Of a stretch of 64,000 bases of DNA, positions 28,614 to 37,763 are shown piece after piece (within the stretch, counting starts at the first letter, position 1; each line of letters starts with the position of its first letter). Source of the stretch: Candidatus Iainarchaeum sp. Lineage in GTDB: Archaea; Iainarchaeota; Iainarchaeia; Iainarchaeales; JAAZKV01. The position numbers and the translations under genes are program-made. Where the stretch lies: the NCBI GenBank assembly GCA_028702895.1, contig JAQVNZ010000002.1, positions 9,296 through 73,295 on the forward strand. The letters are read 5' to 3'. The notes below the pieces were generated by a model, which worked only from the letters and a program-made list of their open reading frames with translations, made no database searches and had not been told where the DNA came from.

Positions 28614-29065
28614 TGTTTTCCACCTTCAACATAGTCTTTTAAGTATTTTTTTCCTTTGAAAAACCCACCTTTTATTTTCTTATATAAATTTGAATAGCCT
28701 TTTTCTTCAACAGCTTTTGGATTATCCTTTTTTAATTCTAATAATGTTCTTCTTTGTGCGCGTACTTTGTTCATCCATGTTTTCTTTTTTTCAATTCTTG
28801 TTTTTTTAGTTCCTTTTCTTTTTCCTTGTCCTCTTTTTCGTCCTTTTTTTCTTTGTTCTTTAGCTTTTCTTACTCTGCCTTTACTTTGTTCGTTTGTTTG
28901 TCTTTTTTTAATTATTCTTTCTGCGATTAATCCTCTAATATCATCTTTTGTCATTGCTTCGCTAACTTTCTTTTCTTGTTTTGGATCAATATGGATTTTT
29001 CCAACTCCAACTTTAAGTATTATTGCTGCTAATTCTTTTGCTTTTTTTAGTTCCATTTTATTCAC
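28610..29065 (-). CDS. rpl19e: Ribosomal protein L19e
   Basis: MELKKAKELAAIILKVGVGKIHIDPKQEKKVSEAMTKDDIRGLIAERIIKKRQ... Confidence 0.9.
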   Translation of the reverse strand: MNKMELKKAKELAAIILKVGVGKIHIDPKQEKKVSEAMTKDDIRGLIAERIIKKRQTNEQSKGRVRKAKEQRKKGRKRGQGKRKGTKKTRIEKKKTWMNKVRAQRRTLLELKKDNPKAVEEKGYSNLYKKIKGGFFKGKKYLKDYVEGGKQ

Positions 29066-29680
29066 CTAATTTAATATCCAAATTCCTTTTTCGTTTGCTT
29101 TTTTAACAATTTCATTTCGTTTTCTTTTTCCAACAGTTCTACTAATTCTTATCGCGTTTTCTTTTATATTTATTTTTTCTAAATCATTAACATTTTCAAT
29201 TCTAATTTCTTTATATCCTGAAGGGTGAATATCTCTTATTTCTTTATTACTTCTATAACCTATTTTTGGTCTAAACCCGTGTTGTAATCCTCGATCTAAA
29301 TCAATTGATCTTGGTTTTCTCCATTTTTGCCATTTTTTAATACTTTTTTTTCTAATATTTTTTTTACCAAATCTTCCTCTAAAAACTGGGTGATCTTTTT
29401 TTTCATCTAATTTTTTCTGATTTTCTTTTGCTTGTGCACTTTTTGTTTTATTTGCTTTTTTTTCTTTTTTAATATAAATTTTTTTAACATTTTTTTTAAT
29501 TTCAACTTTAGCTTCTTCTTTTTTTGTTACTTTTTTTTCTGTTTCAATTGGTTTTTGTGTTTTAATTTCTTTTGTTGTTTCTTTAACAATTTTATTTTCT
29601 TGTTTTAATGGTTTAGTTGTTTCACTTTTTTTTGCAACTGTCTTTTTAATTGTTTTTTTTGCTTCAACCATTTTATTCAC
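29066..29680 (-). CDS. rpl32e: Ribosomal protein L32e with ~90-aa Lys-rich N-terminal extension
   Basis: C-terminal domain WQKWRKPRSIDLDRGLQHGFRPKIGYRSNKEIRDIHPSGYKEIRIENVNDLEKI...ISRTVGKRKRNEIVKKANEKGIWILN matches eL32. Confidence 0.85.
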   Translation of the reverse strand: MNKMVEAKKTIKKTVAKKSETTKPLKQENKIVKETTKEIKTQKPIETEKKVTKKEEAKVEIKKNVKKIYIKKEKKANKTKSAQAKENQKKLDEKKDHPVFRGRFGKKNIRKKSIKKWQKWRKPRSIDLDRGLQHGFRPKIGYRSNKEIRDIHPSGYKEIRIENVNDLEKINIKENAIRISRTVGKRKRNEIVKKANEKGIWILN

Positions 29681-30269
29681 GTCCTTTTATTACTTGGAAA
29701 TTAAAATCTTCTGGGATATCTTGAATATTCCCTTTTTTTACTAAATATATTCCATCTGTAAATCTTCTAATATCTTTTCGTTTTACTTTTGTTGCAAGTA
29801 TTATGTTTGCTGATGTTTGGCTTACTTCTTCAATATGTTTTCCTGTTATTGTAAGGTCTTGTCCTTTTATTTCAACTTTTGTATTTCCAACTATTTGTGC
29901 TTCTCTAGGATGTTTTTCTCCAATAAAATTTTTTATAAAAATTTTGTTTCCTTTTTGTTCAGCTGTCATTGGGAAGTGGGAATATGATATTTTCATTTCA
30001 TATTTAAATCCAAATTTTAATCCATAAACTATATTTTCAATATGTGCAATTATTGTATTTAATAATGCGCTTGTTTGTTTGTTTGCTGGTTTTCCAATTA
30101 TTATTATAGAATTCCCATTTTTTTCTATTCTTATTCTGTGGCTCTTGAATTCTTTTTTATATTCTTCGTTATCCGTTTTAACTATAATTTGGTGCTCGTT
30201 TGCATCAATTGTTATTCCTTGAGGAACTTTTATTGTTCTTATAATTTCTTCGTCAACCATTTTTTTCAC
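29673..30269 (-). CDS. rpl6: Ribosomal protein L6 (uL6)
   Basis: Two uL6 repeats (IKVPQGITIDANEHQIIVKTDN...; GIYLVKKGN). Conserved position. Confidence 0.9.
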   Translation of the reverse strand: MKKMVDEEIIRTIKVPQGITIDANEHQIIVKTDNEEYKKEFKSHRIRIEKNGNSIIIIGKPANKQTSALLNTIIAHIENIVYGLKFGFKYEMKISYSHFPMTAEQKGNKIFIKNFIGEKHPREAQIVGNTKVEIKGQDLTITGKHIEEVSQTSANIILATKVKRKDIRRFTDGIYLVKKGNIQDIPEDFNFQVIKGRE

Positions 30270-30662
30270 CTAATATATGAATGCTATCAATCTTCCGCCT
30301 AACCCTTTTTGTTTTGCTTGTGTATGTGTCATTATTCCTTGTGGTGTTGACACTATTAATAATCCAACATCTCTTGCTGGTAAATATCTTTTTTCATATT
30401 TTTCGAAATTATCTTTTTTAACAGCATGTCTTGGTTTTATTCCTTTACAAGTATTAATTTTTCCATTCAATTTAACTTTGTAAGTAATTATGCCTTTATT
30501 TTCCATCATTAAATATTCTTGAATATATTCATTTTCTTTTGCTACTCGAAGCAATTCGCCTAAAAATTTTGATGCTGGTTGTAATATGCACTCTTTTTTA
30601 GAGGCCAATTCCGCATTCCTTATTTTTGTTAACGCATTTGTTATTGGATCATTCATACTCAT
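30270..30662 (-). CDS. rps8: Ribosomal protein S8 (uS8)
   Basis: MSMNDPITNALTKIRNAELASKKECILQPASKF...GLGGRLIAFIY. Confidence 0.9.
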   Translation of the reverse strand: MSMNDPITNALTKIRNAELASKKECILQPASKFLGELLRVAKENEYIQEYLMMENKGIITYKVKLNGKINTCKGIKPRHAVKKDNFEKYEKRYLPARDVGLLIVSTPQGIMTHTQAKQKGLGGRLIAFIY

Positions 30663-30670
30663 TTTAACAC

Positions 30671-30832
30671 CTAATCAAATTTTTTGAAGCCTAGCCTTTC
30701 AGCATTTTGCTTAAAGCATCTCCTACACAGTCCTATTTTATATTTACTAATCAATCCTTTTTGTGATCCGCACATTTTACACTTTGGTTTTCTTTTTGCG
30801 AATTTTTCAGTAATTTCTTTTTTTGGATTCAT
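30671..30832 (-). CDS. rps14: Ribosomal protein S14 (uS14, type Z, zinc-binding), 53 aa, below the ORF-track cutoff
   Basis: Manual translation gives MNPKKEITEKFAKRKPKCKMCGSQKGLISKYKIGLCRRCFKQNAERLGFKKFD, with C..C...C..C. The ATG overlaps the L5 TGA stop (ATGA). Canonical L5-S14-S8 order. Confidence 0.8.
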   Translation of the reverse strand: MNPKKEITEKFAKRKPKCKMCGSQKGLISKYKIGLCRRCFKQNAERLGFKKFD

Positions 30833-31323
30833 AGTAATTCAACTCCGATTTCTTTAACAAAATTCATTGCTTCTTCTTTTGTTACTTTTTGTTTTTTTCC
30901 TATTTTTTTATTCTTAATTTTTCTAACTTTTATTCTGTATCCTAGTTTTTTTAATGTTACTAGAACATCAAATCCTAATATTCCTAATTTTGGGTCATAT
31001 TTTATTCCTGGTAAATCAATATGTTCTTTTATCCCAAATCCAAAATTTCCTTCTTTATCAAAACTTTTTGCTTTGATTTTATTTTCTTTTGCTTTTAAAG
31101 CTTCTTTTAAAAATGTCATTGCTTTTTCTCCGCGTAGGGTTATTTTTAATCCTAGTGGCACTCCTGGTCTTACTCCCCAATCTGGGATTCTTTTTATTCC
31201 GTGTGTTTTAATGGGTTTTCTTCCAGTTATTAATTTCATTACTTGTTCTCCGCGTTTCATTTTTTCAACGTCAGATCCAACGCCCATGTTGATCACAATT
31301 TTTTCTAATAATATTTTCTGCAT
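30829..31323 (-). CDS. rpl5: Ribosomal protein L5 (uL5)
   Basis: NMGVGSDVEKMKRGEQVMKLITGRKPIKTHGIKRIPDWGVRPGVPLGLKITLRGEKAM. Confidence 0.9.
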   Translation of the reverse strand: MQKILLEKIVINMGVGSDVEKMKRGEQVMKLITGRKPIKTHGIKRIPDWGVRPGVPLGLKITLRGEKAMTFLKEALKAKENKIKAKSFDKEGNFGFGIKEHIDLPGIKYDPKLGILGFDVLVTLKKLGYRIKVRKIKNKKIGKKQKVTKEEAMNFVKEIGVELL

Positions 31324-31334
31324 TTAACACACCT

Positions 31335-32039
31335 TTATATTTGAATTTCTTCTTTTCCTTCTCCAATTACAATAATATTTTTTGCTATTGTTTCAAAAAT
31401 TATTCCGTCTTGTTCAAGTTTTACTAATTTTTCTCTTTTTATAGTTGAACTTATTATTTCTTTTATTATTCCTTTTTCAGAACAATGCGAACCTTTTGTT
31501 ATGTATACTATAGCTTTTTCTTTTAATTTTAATACTTTTATAATTTTTCCTTCTGGTAAGTTTATTTTTATTGAATCTCCAATTTTTGCTTCATTATTAA
31601 TAAAAGTTCTTCCATCATTTGTAGTTATTTGTACTTTTTTTCCTAATGCATTTTTATGTTCTACTTTGCATATTTTTTCTTTTAATTCTTCTTTTAAATC
31701 TTTTAATATTAATCTTCCTTTGTTATCTAATATTACCATATAATATAATTTTTGTTTTTCTATTGTGATTGTGTCAAATAATCCTATGCCTAATCTATAA
31801 TCTTTTTTTATTTTTCCATCAATTTTGACTGTGTTGCTTAATAAAATATTTTTTGCTTCTTTTATTGTGCTTGCAATTTTAATATAATCTCGTAAAATAA
31901 TTCCTAATGGGATTGAATTTTTAGCATTGTGTGGTCCTGCTCTTGTTTTTACTACCCAAACTTTTTCTTTTCTATTAACCTTAATTGTTTTTGGTGCATT
32001 TAATGCTTTTAATTTCTTATTTTGTCCTTTTTTACTCAT
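31335..32039 (-). CDS. rps4e: Ribosomal protein S4e
   Basis: ALNAPKTIKVNRKEKVWVVKTRAGPHNAKNSIPLGIILRDYIKIASTIKEAKNIL. Confidence 0.9.
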   Translation of the reverse strand: MSKKGQNKKLKALNAPKTIKVNRKEKVWVVKTRAGPHNAKNSIPLGIILRDYIKIASTIKEAKNILLSNTVKIDGKIKKDYRLGIGLFDTITIEKQKLYYMVILDNKGRLILKDLKEELKEKICKVEHKNALGKKVQITTNDGRTFINNEAKIGDSIKINLPEGKIIKVLKLKEKAIVYITKGSHCSEKGIIKEIISSTIKREKLVKLEQDGIIFETIAKNIIVIGEGKEEIQI

Positions 32040-32395
32040 TTTTTCACACTCTTATATTTTTTTAATCTTTTTTTATCGCTTGTGTCTAATTCTCTAACAC
32101 TTATTTTTGATGGGTCTATTGCAGCTTCAAATTCTGTTCCATCACTTTTTTTATTAACTATTTTTTCAATAAAAATTTTTCCTTTTTTTCTATTTAAATT
32201 TATTATTTTTCCTTCTTTTCCCTTAAATTTTCCTCTAACAATTTTAACAATATCGTTTTTTCTTAATGGGATGCTTCTTGTTCCAAGTTCTTTTCTTAAT
32301 CTTTCACTTAAATGGCCTGCTAGGCTTTTTGCTTTAATGTGCATTGGTGCAGTAATTGCATCTTTTCTTGTTTTTCTTGGTTTGCTTGATGTCAT
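32036..32395 (-). CDS. rpl24: Ribosomal protein L24 (uL24, KOW)
   Basis: KPRKTRKDAITAPMHIKAKSLAGHLSERLRKELGTRSIPLRKNDIVKIVRGKFKGKEGKI. Confidence 0.9.
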   Translation of the reverse strand: MTSSKPRKTRKDAITAPMHIKAKSLAGHLSERLRKELGTRSIPLRKNDIVKIVRGKFKGKEGKIINLNRKKGKIFIEKIVNKKSDGTEFEAAIDPSKISVRELDTSDKKRLKKYKSVKK

Positions 32396-32405
32396 TTTAT
32401 CCCTC

Positions 32406-32804
32406 TTATATTACAACTGATGCCATTCCGGCTATTTTTGGATATCTTTCTCCAACTTCTTTTGCAACGCAACCTTTGATTTCTGATGCTTTTGGTAATC
32501 CATCTGCGTCAACTAATACAACTGCGTTGTCTTCAAATTTAACTCGCATTCCATTTGACCTTCTGTATGCTTGTTTTGTTCTAACTATTACTGCTTTTTC
32601 TATTTTTCCTCTCATTTCAGGTTTACCTTTTCTTATAACTACATTTACCATTGAACCAATTCCAGCTTTAGGATTAGCTCTTTTCTTATTATGGTATTTA
32701 AATACTGATATAATATAAACTTCTTTTGCTCCGCTATTATCCGTGCAAGTAGCATAACTCTTCAAAGTCAAAGCTTTGTTATTTTTTATACTTATTGCTC
32801 TCAT
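32406..32804 (-). CDS. rpl14: Ribosomal protein L14 (uL14)
   Basis: TLKSYATCTDNSGAKEVYIISVFKYHNKKRANPKAGIGSMVNVVIRKGKPEMRGKI... Confidence 0.9.
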   Translation of the reverse strand: MRAISIKNNKALTLKSYATCTDNSGAKEVYIISVFKYHNKKRANPKAGIGSMVNVVIRKGKPEMRGKIEKAVIVRTKQAYRRSNGMRVKFEDNAVVLVDADGLPKASEIKGCVAKEVGERYPKIAGMASVVI

Positions 32805-33139
32805 TTTTTTTCACCATTTAATATTTCTAATAATATAAAATTTTTGGTTTTACTAATTTTTCTTGTTTCGCCTATTCTAACTTTATCTCCTTCTTTAACA
32901 ATCATTCCTTCTGGAACATGTGCTTTTATTTTTGAAAATACTTTTTTGTATCTTTCATATTTTGAAATATAATGTGTTATTTCTCTTTTAACAGTAATTG
33001 TTTTGCTTGCTTTTGCTGATGTTACAATTCCTTCGAATACATTTCCTCTTACTGAGTATTCTTTCTTTTTTAATACTGGTTTTTGTTGTATTGTAACAAC
33101 TTTTTCTGTTTTATTTTTTTTCTCAACCATAAATTTCAC
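32801..33139 (-). CDS. rps17: Ribosomal protein S17 (uS17)
   Basis: VRGNVFEGIVTSAKASKTITVKREITHYISKYERYKKVFSKIKAHVPEGMIVKEGDKVRIGETRKISKTKNF. Confidence 0.9.
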   Translation of the reverse strand: MKFMVEKKNKTEKVVTIQQKPVLKKKEYSVRGNVFEGIVTSAKASKTITVKREITHYISKYERYKKVFSKIKAHVPEGMIVKEGDKVRIGETRKISKTKNFILLEILNGEKK

Positions 33140-33406
33140 CTATTTAATTCTGTTCTCGGGTTTTTTTAAAATCATTTTTCCATCAACAATAATTTTTTCG
33201 TTTAAATCAAATTCAAAAATACATTCTTTTTTTGGAATTATTTTTTTATTCTCCAAAATAAATGTGTTTTTTGTTTCATCAATTATTTTTCCATTGATTC
33301 CGATTTTTTTTGGGTCTGAGCTTTCAACAACTTTAACATTCAACCCAATTAATTCATGGTATAAAATGTTTTCTTTGTTAATCTCATAATTTTTCCCGTT
33401 TATCAT
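33140..33406 (-). CDS. rnp1: RNase P protein subunit Rpp29 (Pop4)
   Basis: ELIGLNVKVVESSDPKKIGINGKIIDETKNTFIL...ECIFEFDLNEKIIVDGKMILKKPENRIK is the Rpp29 Sm-like fold pattern. Conserved position between SUI1 and S17. Confidence 0.75.
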   Translation of the reverse strand: MINGKNYEINKENILYHELIGLNVKVVESSDPKKIGINGKIIDETKNTFILENKKIIPKKECIFEFDLNEKIIVDGKMILKKPENRIK

Positions 33407-33414
33407 TTTTCCCC

Positions 33415-33717
33415 CTACATTTCAATTAAACTTTCATTATATCCTTTCATAATCAAAAACTTTTTTACTTTTTCTTTGTGATCTCCTTGTAATTCTATAA
33501 TATTTTCTTTTACTGTTCCTCCACAAGCAAACTTGTGTTTCATTTCTTTTCCCAATTCTTTTACTAATATTTTTTCATTAATTCCACTTATTATTGTTAA
33601 TAATTTTTTAAATCTAATTTTTTTTACACTTATTCTTATTTGTTGTTGTCCTTTTGTTATATTTGTTATATCAAATAAATCTTTAGGTAATCCGCTGATT
33701 TTATCTATTTCTTGCAT
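33415..33717 (-). CDS. sui1: Translation initiation factor SUI1 (aIF1)
   Basis: IRISVKKIRFKKLLTIISGI...LVKELGKEMKHKFACGGTVKENIIELQGDHKEKVKKFLIMKGY. Confidence 0.85.
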   Translation of the reverse strand: MQEIDKISGLPKDLFDITNITKGQQQIRISVKKIRFKKLLTIISGINEKILVKELGKEMKHKFACGGTVKENIIELQGDHKEKVKKFLIMKGYNESLIEM

Positions 33718-33925
33718 TGCTTGCCCCCTTTTCGTTTATCTCGGTAAATAATCTTGCAATATCTTTTCTAATTTTTTTTATTTTCCCCGGATTTTCACTT
33801 TTTGTTCCTGATGAAATTGTTGCTCTTTCTTTTGCTAATTCTTGTTTTAATTCAATTACTTTTTGTTGTAATTCTTGGGCTGTTAAATTATTTAATTCTT
33901 TTTTCTTTAATCTCATAATCATCAC
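33701..33925 (-). CDS. rpl29: Ribosomal protein L29 (uL29)
   Basis: LKKKELNNLTAQELQQKVIELKQELAKERATISSGTKSENPGKIKKIRKDIARLFT. Confidence 0.85.
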   Translation of the reverse strand: MMIMRLKKKELNNLTAQELQQKVIELKQELAKERATISSGTKSENPGKIKKIRKDIARLFTEINEKGASNARNR

Positions 33926-34791
33926 TTTTTAATTTTATTTTCTTCATTATGTTTTTCTTTTTTTGTTTTTTCGTTGTTTTCTTTAACTTCTTCTTTGATG
34001 TTTTCTTTTTTTGTTATTGGTTTTTTTTCACTTGTTTCTTCAACTTTTACTTCTTTTATTTCAGCTTTCTTTTTTTCTTGTATTTTTTCAGTGTCTTTTT
34101 TTGCTTCATCTTTTGTTTTTTCTTCAGTATTTTCTTTTTTTGTTTCTTCTTCTTTTTGTTCTTTTGCTTCTGCTTTTACTTTATTAATATTTGCTATAAC
34201 TTTATTAACATCAATTTTATCTGGGAATATTACATCTGGGTGTATTATATTTAATTTTATCCCGATTGCACCAATTTTTGGATTTGCTGATGCTTTTGCT
34301 CTATCAACAAGTTTTGCTTGTTCGCCAATTTTTTTCATGTACCCTATTGCAATTATTTGCTTTCTTTTTCTAGCACCTTTTGCTCCTAATGCTCCTTTGA
34401 ATACTAATTCTACTCCTTGTGCTCCTGAATCCATTATGTCTTTAACTACTCTAAATGAAACACTTCTCCATGAAAATCCTTTGTTTAACATTGAAGCCAT
34501 TTTTTCAACAATAATTTTTGCATTTAAATTTGGTTTTTTAACTTCTTGTATTTCTATTTGCGGATTATCAATATTATATTTTGTTGCTATAACTTCAGTT
34601 AACATTTTTATTGTTGAACCGCTTTTTCCAATTGCTAATCCTGGTTTTGCAACATGTAATACTATTCTTGTTACTAATGGTGTTTTTATTATTTCTAAAT
34701 GACTAAATCCTGCTCTATCTAATTTTTTAGTTAAATAATTTTCTAATTCCATTCTATTGTAATTTTTTTTAATAAATGTTCGTTCAATCAT
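33922..34791 (-). CDS. rps3: Ribosomal protein S3 (uS3) with ~90-aa Lys/Glu-rich C-terminal extension
   Basis: KH domain (LEIIKTPLVTRIVLHVAKPGLAIGKSGSTIKML) and the S3 C-terminal domain. The tail is KVKAEAKEQKEEETKKENTEEKTKDEAKKD... Confidence 0.9.
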   Translation of the reverse strand: MIERTFIKKNYNRMELENYLTKKLDRAGFSHLEIIKTPLVTRIVLHVAKPGLAIGKSGSTIKMLTEVIATKYNIDNPQIEIQEVKKPNLNAKIIVEKMASMLNKGFSWRSVSFRVVKDIMDSGAQGVELVFKGALGAKGARKRKQIIAIGYMKKIGEQAKLVDRAKASANPKIGAIGIKLNIIHPDVIFPDKIDVNKVIANINKVKAEAKEQKEEETKKENTEEKTKDEAKKDTEKIQEKKKAEIKEVKVEETSEKKPITKKENIKEEVKENNEKTKKEKHNEENKIKK

Positions 34792-34802
34792 TTTTTCACC
34801 TT

Positions 34803-35276
34803 TTATGCTTTTACTTCAGAAACAATAATTTCTATGTGTGTTGCATTTATTCTCCTTGTTTTTCCGCCTATTTTTCCTTTGCTTTGATGACTATATCTTG
34901 TAATTCCTTTGGATGCAAAAGCATTTATTATATTTAATTTTTCTGCATCAAGTCCTTTATTATCCGCATTATTTTTTGCTAATTCTAATAAATCTAAAAA
35001 AATATTAATTGTTTTTTCAGGATATCTTCCTGATTTAACCCCTTTTTTAGCATCTCCTTTTCTATGTGCAACATTACTATTGTATCTTTTTAATGGTAAA
35101 TATTCTTCGTGGTTTTCTATTCTTTTTAACCATGCAATCATTTTGTTTACATATAATCCATTTATTTGATTACAAATTTCTGTAGAATATTTAAGTGATA
35201 TGTTCGCGTTTGTTATTATCGCTCTTGCAGTTTTGCTTTCCTTTCCTACTTCTGCTTGATAATTTTTTTTAGCCAT
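34803..35276 (-). CDS. rpl22: Ribosomal protein L22 (uL22)
   Basis: ARAIITNANISLKYSTEICNQINGLYVNKMIAWLKRI...RINATHIEIIVSEV. Confidence 0.9.
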   Translation of the reverse strand: MAKKNYQAEVGKESKTARAIITNANISLKYSTEICNQINGLYVNKMIAWLKRIENHEEYLPLKRYNSNVAHRKGDAKKGVKSGRYPEKTINIFLDLLELAKNNADNKGLDAEKLNIINAFASKGITRYSHQSKGKIGGKTRRINATHIEIIVSEVKA

Positions 35277-35287
35277 ATTTATTCACT

Positions 35288-35680
35288 TTATCCTCTTGCT
35301 GTTATTGCAGTTGAGCTCTTTGTTGCTCCGATTCCTGCTTTACCGTGTTGTAATCTTTTTCTTGTAAAAACAAATTCTCCTAAATAATGTCCTAACATTT
35401 GTTCTGTTATATCTAATAATTCAAAACTATTTCCTCTATAAACTGCAAATCTTACTCCAACCATTTCTGGGATTACTATTAAATCTCTACTATGAGTTCT
35501 AATTGGTTTTGCTTTTTCATTACTCTTCGCTTTTACTATTTTTTTGATTATGTGTTTATCAAATCCTTTTTTTAAACTTCTTCTAGATCTTGAATCACAT
35601 AATTCTGCGAATTCAGTAATTGGCATTTTGCTCAATTCTTCCATTGTTTTTCCTTTAAAAGTAAATTCTTTTTTAGCCAT
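35288..35680 (-). CDS. rps19: Ribosomal protein S19 (uS19)
   Basis: IRTHSRDLIVIPEMVGVRFAVYRGNSFELLDITEQMLGHYLGEFVFTRKRLQHGKAG. Confidence 0.9.
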   Translation of the reverse strand: MAKKEFTFKGKTMEELSKMPITEFAELCDSRSRRSLKKGFDKHIIKKIVKAKSNEKAKPIRTHSRDLIVIPEMVGVRFAVYRGNSFELLDITEQMLGHYLGEFVFTRKRLQHGKAGIGATKSSTAITARG

Positions 35681-35692
35681 AATTACACCCAG

Positions 35693-36412
35693 TTAGTTTT
35701 TCTTTCTCCTTCCAGTTCTTCTTGAAGCAATTGCTCCAACTTTTCTTCCAACAGGCGCATTTCTTGCAGTACTCTTAGATTTTCCAGGGTGATGTTGTGC
35801 TCCACCAAATGGATGATCTACAGCATTCATTGCAACTCCGCGAACACTTGGCCAAAAAATCTTTTTAGCTTTCATTGCGAAATATTTTGTTCCTGCTTTA
35901 ATAAATGGTTTTTCTTGTTTTCCTCCACAAGAAACATTTCCTATTGTTGCTCTAACGCTTAATGGTAATGTTAGCATTTTTCCTGATGCTAATTTTAATG
36001 TAACTCCTTTTTTATCTTTTGAAATTATTAGGGAATATGTTCCTGAACTTTTTGAAATTGTTCCGCCATCTCCTAAAATTCTTTCAATATTAAAAACTGG
36101 GCATCCTTCAGGTAATTCGCCGATTGGTATAACATTTCCTAATTCTATTTTTGCACCTGGTCCTTGTTCTATTTTTTGTCCGATAAATGCTCCTTCTACT
36201 GCGATTATTTGTTCTTGTTTTCCATTATTAAATTCTACTGTTTGTATTATTGCATTTCTTCCAGTGTCTTTTATAAAATCAATTATTTGGCCTTTTAATA
36301 ATTCTTCAGTTTGTAAAATGTATTTAGATTCTATTCCTTTTAATTTTGCTTTGAACGTGTTTGTTCCTCTTCCTCTTCTTTGACTGTATAATCTTTTTCC
36401 CATTTTAATCAA
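35693..36412 (-). CDS. rpl2: Ribosomal protein L2 (uL2)
   Basis: GVAMNAVDHPFGGAQHHPGKSKSTARNAPVGRKVG is the conserved uL2 C-terminal motif. Confidence 0.9.
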   Translation of the reverse strand: MIKMGKRLYSQRRGRGTNTFKAKLKGIESKYILQTEELLKGQIIDFIKDTGRNAIIQTVEFNNGKQEQIIAVEGAFIGQKIEQGPGAKIELGNVIPIGELPEGCPVFNIERILGDGGTISKSSGTYSLIISKDKKGVTLKLASGKMLTLPLSVRATIGNVSCGGKQEKPFIKAGTKYFAMKAKKIFWPSVRGVAMNAVDHPFGGAQHHPGKSKSTARNAPVGRKVGAIASRRTGRRKKN

Positions 36413-36426
36413 CCGTTAAATATTAT

Positions 36427-36813
36427 TTATAATACTCCTAATTTTGTTGCTAGGTCTTGTGCCTTAAATTCTTTTTTTAATTTTATTACTGCTTTTTTTC
36501 TTCCTTTCATATCTCTTACAATATTTATTTTTTCTATTTTTATTGAATATGCTTTTTCAATTATTTTTTTAACGTCTTTTTTTGTTGCTTTATCTGCAAC
36601 TATAAATGTAAGCTTGTTTTCTGTATCAATCATATTAACTGCTTTTTCTGTTACTAATGGATATAATACTACATCTAAATCTTCTAAACTTAAATTATTT
36701 TTAACTGGTTGTTTAACTTTCAAGTTTTCTTTAATGATTTTTTCTTCAATTACTTCTTTTTTGTTTTCTTCTTGTTTTTTTTGTCTTTTTTCTTGTTCGT
36801 TTAATTTAACCAT
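36427..36813 (-). CDS. rpl23: Ribosomal protein L23 (uL23) with Lys/Glu-rich N-terminal extension
   Basis: LYPLVTEKAVNMIDTENKLTFIVADKATKKDVKKIIEKAYSIKIEKINIV. Confidence 0.85.
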   Translation of the reverse strand: MVKLNEQEKRQKKQEENKKEVIEEKIIKENLKVKQPVKNNLSLEDLDVVLYPLVTEKAVNMIDTENKLTFIVADKATKKDVKKIIEKAYSIKIEKINIVRDMKGRKKAVIKLKKEFKAQDLATKLGVL

Positions 36814-36827
36814 TATTTTTCACCGAT

Positions 36828-37763
36828 TTATTTTTTAACTTTTTTTTGAACTTTTGGTTCTTCTTTTTTTATTGTTGGCTTTTCTTTTTTTGTTATTGGT
36901 TTTTCTTCTTTAATTGGTTTTTTTTCAACAATCTCTTTTTTATTTTCTTTTTTTATTAAAGCTTCAATTGCACTTCTTGTCCAAACAACTAATCTGCCTG
37001 CTTCTGCTCCAGGTGCTAATAATTCAACATTTAATGATGTTACTGTTACTGAATCTACTCCTGGTAAATTCCTTGCAGCTTTTAAAACTGGTTTGTTTGA
37101 ACCTGTTATAATTAAAACACTTTTTTTAACTTTTTTTGTTCTTCCTCGAGCTTTTCCTTTTCCAGCTCTTTTTCTAATTTTTGATTTTGCGTTTCTTAAA
37201 TCATTTCCAATTTTTAATTTTTCTAATATTTCTGTTAATTCTTTTGTTTTCTTAGTATTCTCAAAAGCATCTTCAATTACTATTGGTAAATCATTTTCAA
37301 CAATAAATCTTTTTTCTACTAATTCTTTCATTGCAGTTGTTGCAATTGCACTTTCTAATGCAAGTTTTCTTTCTTTTTTATTAATTTTTTCTTGTATAAC
37401 TTTCCATGCTTTTGGAGCATTTGGTGTTCGTCCGCCAACAGACTGCGCTACTCTTCCAACTCTACCTGATAATAATACTTGCCTATTTTTTGTTCTAGGT
37501 AATCTTGCTTTATTTGTGTTAATTGTTCTTTTTGGTGTTGGTAAGCCTCTTGTACCAATATATATTGCGGTTGTTTTAAATCCAGCTCTTTGATCTGCAC
37601 CTTTTGGTTGTATTTTTGCAGTTTGCATTGCAATTACTGATCTTTTTATTAAAACTGGTTTGTATTCAGTTTCAAAAACTTTTGGTAATTCAATACTGCT
37701 TTTACTTGTACCATCCAAATCAAATACTTTTGTTTTCATAATAATCAAATTTCCTAAAATCAT
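36828..37763 (-). CDS. rpl4: Ribosomal protein L4 (uL4) with Lys/Glu-rich C-terminal extension
   Basis: QPKGADQRAGFKTTAIYIGTRGLPTPKR...NAPKAWKVIQEKINKKERKLALESAIATTA. The tail is KKPIKEEKPITKKEKPTIKKEEPKVQKKVKK. Confidence 0.9.
   Translation of the reverse strand: MILGNLIIMKTKVFDLDGTSKSSIELPKVFETEYKPVLIKRSVIAMQTAKIQPKGADQRAGFKTTAIYIGTRGLPTPKRTINTNKARLPRTKNRQVLLSGRVGRVAQSVGGRTPNAPKAWKVIQEKINKKERKLALESAIATTAMKELVEKRFIVENDLPIVIEDAFENTKKTKELTEILEKLKIGNDLRNAKSKIRKRAGKGKARGRTKKVKKSVLIITGSNKPVLKAARNLPGVDSVTVTSLNVELLAPGAEAGRLVVWTRSAIEALIKKENKKEIVEKKPIKEEKPITKKEKPTIKKEEPKVQKKVKK

Noticed and set aside
33949-34702. Long plus-strand ORFs (33949..34254, 33974..34702) encoding Phe/Ser-rich hydrophobic proteins
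   Set aside because: They are antisense to the Lys/Glu-rich S3 gene. AAA/GAA-rich sense codons give TTT/TTC-rich antisense frames with no stops. No motifs are present and they overlap a confidently identified gene.
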